This document shows positions 61,444 to 64,000 of a stretch of 64,000 nucleotides of DNA, piece by piece. The position numbers and the translations under genes were made by a program. How positions within the stretch are numbered: the stretch's first letter is position 1; each line of letters opens with the position of its first letter. Below the pieces are notes generated by a model. The model searched no databases. It saw only the letters and a list, made by a program, of their open reading frames with translations, and was not told where the DNA came from. Origin of the DNA: Octopus bimaculoides. Its lineage: Eukaryota. The stretch spans positions 12,020,527 to 12,084,526 of the forward strand of contig NC_069004.1 of the NCBI RefSeq assembly GCF_001194135.2, written 5' to 3'.

Positions 61444-62009
61444 AGCCTACTCTTAATTCTATAGATTTTTTTTCTATTTCACAGACTAAATAGTAACATT
61501 CAATAGAAGTCTAAGTGCTATATTGTAAACTAGTTTCAATCCGGTATTGTTGTTGTTGCTGTTCTATATATTCTGTAGCTGATAGTTCTGTGATAATTGT
61601 ATAAATTTGTCAGCAACAAACGAAAATAGTATCAGAACAAAATATTCGCCTTTAATAAGCAGTAGAAAGTTGAAGACTCTAATAGCTACCTACTTGTTGC
61701 AAAGCCATATTGGACTGTCAGCTGCTTGTTAGAAGAGTGAGTTCTTCATTGATTTCCTTTCCACACTTTCCTTACTTTTGTCTTGCAGCTTTTAATAACT
61801 CCATTATTTTCCTTTGTCAGTCTTCTTCATTTTCTTCCGTGAATCTTCTGTCTTTCTCCCTTCTCTAATCTTAACTCCATTAAAGTTCAACATCTTTCAT
61901 GGTTGCTGTCTTTAACCCTGTTCTACATTTCCACCATTAACTTACCATTCTTATCAAATCGGCGCCAACACTGTCACCTGTCAACATTGTCTTGGATTTC
62001 TTACCACAA

Positions 62010-62215
62010 ATCTTTTATTCTTTTATTCTTTTAATTGTCTCAGGCATTTTTGACTGCAGCCACGTTGAAGGGTTTTATTCGAACAAATCAACCCCAGGAC
62101 TTATTTTTTAAAGCCTGGTACTTATTCTATTGGTGTCTTTTGCTGAACTGCTAAGTTAGAGATTTATACATACCAACACCGGTTGTTGAACAGTGATGGG
62201 TGACAAACACAGACC
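62010..62215 (-). mobile_element. SINE family B, 3' half
   Basis: Reverse complement of the B tail. Confidence 0.75.
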
Positions 62216-62714
62216 CAAAGTCAGATGTACATATATTTAAATATAATAGTGTGGATTTTTTACATGCTAGAAAGGGCAGTCAAACCCAAAACCACGAGAA
62301 AACATTCTTACATTAAAGCACATTGTTTGTATGTGAGCAAGACATTTGAGTGAATAAAAATTTCAGTCAACCTTATACCCATGTGTTGCATGCGGCAGCA
62401 GCTCAACCCATTATATTACTGGTACTTCAATTCTATGATGGAGTCTCTCTATACAGTTTGCTGACCTTCCAGAAATAGCAGCTAAATTTCCTTCATATTA
62501 CATTCCTAATTTTTTTTTGTTGGAAGAGGACAGATGGTCATATTTGGAAGGTTTTTTGATCATAGATCTTGATAAGAATTAAATACATATTTAAAATAGA
62601 TCAGTGAAATTAGTGCTGTAGGAACCAACTTTACCATTATTTGATGTAGAGGTACATAACTATGGACCATAGGACAGTGGGTTCACTTTCTATCTGAGCG
62701 CACACACGCACACA

Positions 62715-63095
62715 CATTGACTGTGTGGTAAGAGGCTTGCTTCCCAATCACGTGGTTCTGGGTTCAGTTTCACTGCGTGGTACCCTGGGCAAGTGTCTTC
62801 TGTTATAGCTTCAAGCTGACTAAAACCTTGTGATTTGGTAGATGGAAACTGAAAGAAGCCTGTTGTATGTGTATATATGTGTGTGTGTGTCCTACCATTG
62901 CTTGACAACTGGTGTTGGTATGTTTATGTCCCCTGTAACTTAGTGGTTTGGTAAAAGTGACTGATAGAATAAGTACCAGGCCTTTGAAAAAAAGAAAGAT
63001 AATAATAAATAAGTACTGGGGTTGATTTGGTTGACTAAAATTCTTCAAAGCGGTGCTCCAGCATGGCCACAGTCTAATGACAGAAACAAGTAAAA
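62715..63095 (+). mobile_element. SINE family B
   Basis: Head to GACAGAAACAAGTAAAAGA tail. Confidence 0.8.
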
Positions 63096-63106
63096 GATTA
63101 AAGATA

Positions 63107-63155
<49 letters not shown>

Positions 63156-63251
63156 ACATACACACTGTCCAATCCATGCCAGCATGAAAAACAGANNNNN
63201 NNNNNCAATCCATGCCAGCATGAAAAACAGACATTAAAAAAATGATGATGA

Positions 63252-63297
<46 letters not shown>

Positions 63298-63499
63298 ACA
63301 CACATTTAGAGAAATAATATAATTCTTCTCTATTTCTAATTTATTAATATGATATATCATCTAAAGTTGAATGCATCATTTGAGATTTGAATAAGAAACC
63401 TCGCCGCTAACATATCTGGGACAAATTCTCTATAAACAGACAGATCTATGGTATTATAGCACCATCGTTGGAAATATTAACACCATTTTCAGTGTTAGC

Positions 63500-63502
63500 G
63501 TT

Positions 63503-63533
<31 letters not shown>

Positions 63534-63830
63534 TGTTAGTGTGTGTATGTGTGTACATGTTTGTGTGTATATGTGTGTATTGTTTGTGAGTGTTAGTGTG
63601 TGTGTTTGTGAGTGTGTGTATGTAAGTGTATATGTTTGTGTGTTAGCGTTTGTATGTTAATGTCTGTGTTTATGTGTTTGTGAGTGTGTGTATGTAAGTG
63701 TATATGTTTGTGTATGTTAGTGTTTCTGTGTTAATGTCTGTATTTATGTGTGTGTGTGTGTGTTTGTGAGTGTGTGCATGTTACTGTGTGTGAATGTGTG
63801 TATGAGTGCATGTCAGTGTGTTCATGTGTG
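63500..63830. repeat. Degenerate (TG)n tract
   Basis: Direct inspection. Confidence 0.9.
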
Positions 63831-64000
63831 TTTTCAAAGATGAATTACGTCGGAGTTCCTGCGGCTTTTAAGCAATAAATTTAAAATTACACTGTAAAGA
63901 TATTTGGGGGGTTATTTCAGGGGTTTATTTACCAGTGTCCTTATTCTCTGCCAAAAGAAGTCATCAGCACCACCATGCTCTAAATGTCAGCCGGTCGTTA

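Overview
AT-rich, repeat-saturated eukaryotic DNA from a gapped draft assembly (13 N-gaps, about 4 kb). The repeat content (several modular tRNA-derived SINE families, dense CA/TA/ATT microsatellites) strongly suggests an octopus genome (inference). I find no credible host protein-coding exon, tRNA/rRNA gene or CRISPR array; almost all long ORFs in the track are microsatellite or N-gap artefacts. Supportable content: five SINE-like families in dozens of copies (some nested, with target-site duplications), decayed LINE 3' fragments (RTE, L1/Tx1-like, four restriction-like-endonuclease R4/Dong-type pieces, probable Penelope-like pieces), DNA-transposon MITEs (mariner, TTAA/piggyBac-like, hAT-like, Mutator/foldback-like, Helitron-like) and a tandem repeat built from Tc1/mariner transposase C-termini. 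Most interesting: (1) minimal type I hammerhead-ribozyme motifs in four unrelated repeat contexts, including a complete one inside a foldback element with 46-bp inverted repeats and one at the 3' end of a tRNA-headed SINE-like element; (2) a strong zero-length-exon (AG|GTAAGT) candidate recursive splice site at 3900/3901 which, with the minus-strand bias of LINE fragments, suggests the window is part of a very long plus-strand intron. All family assignments are by eye and from memory of consensus motifs; no database search was run.
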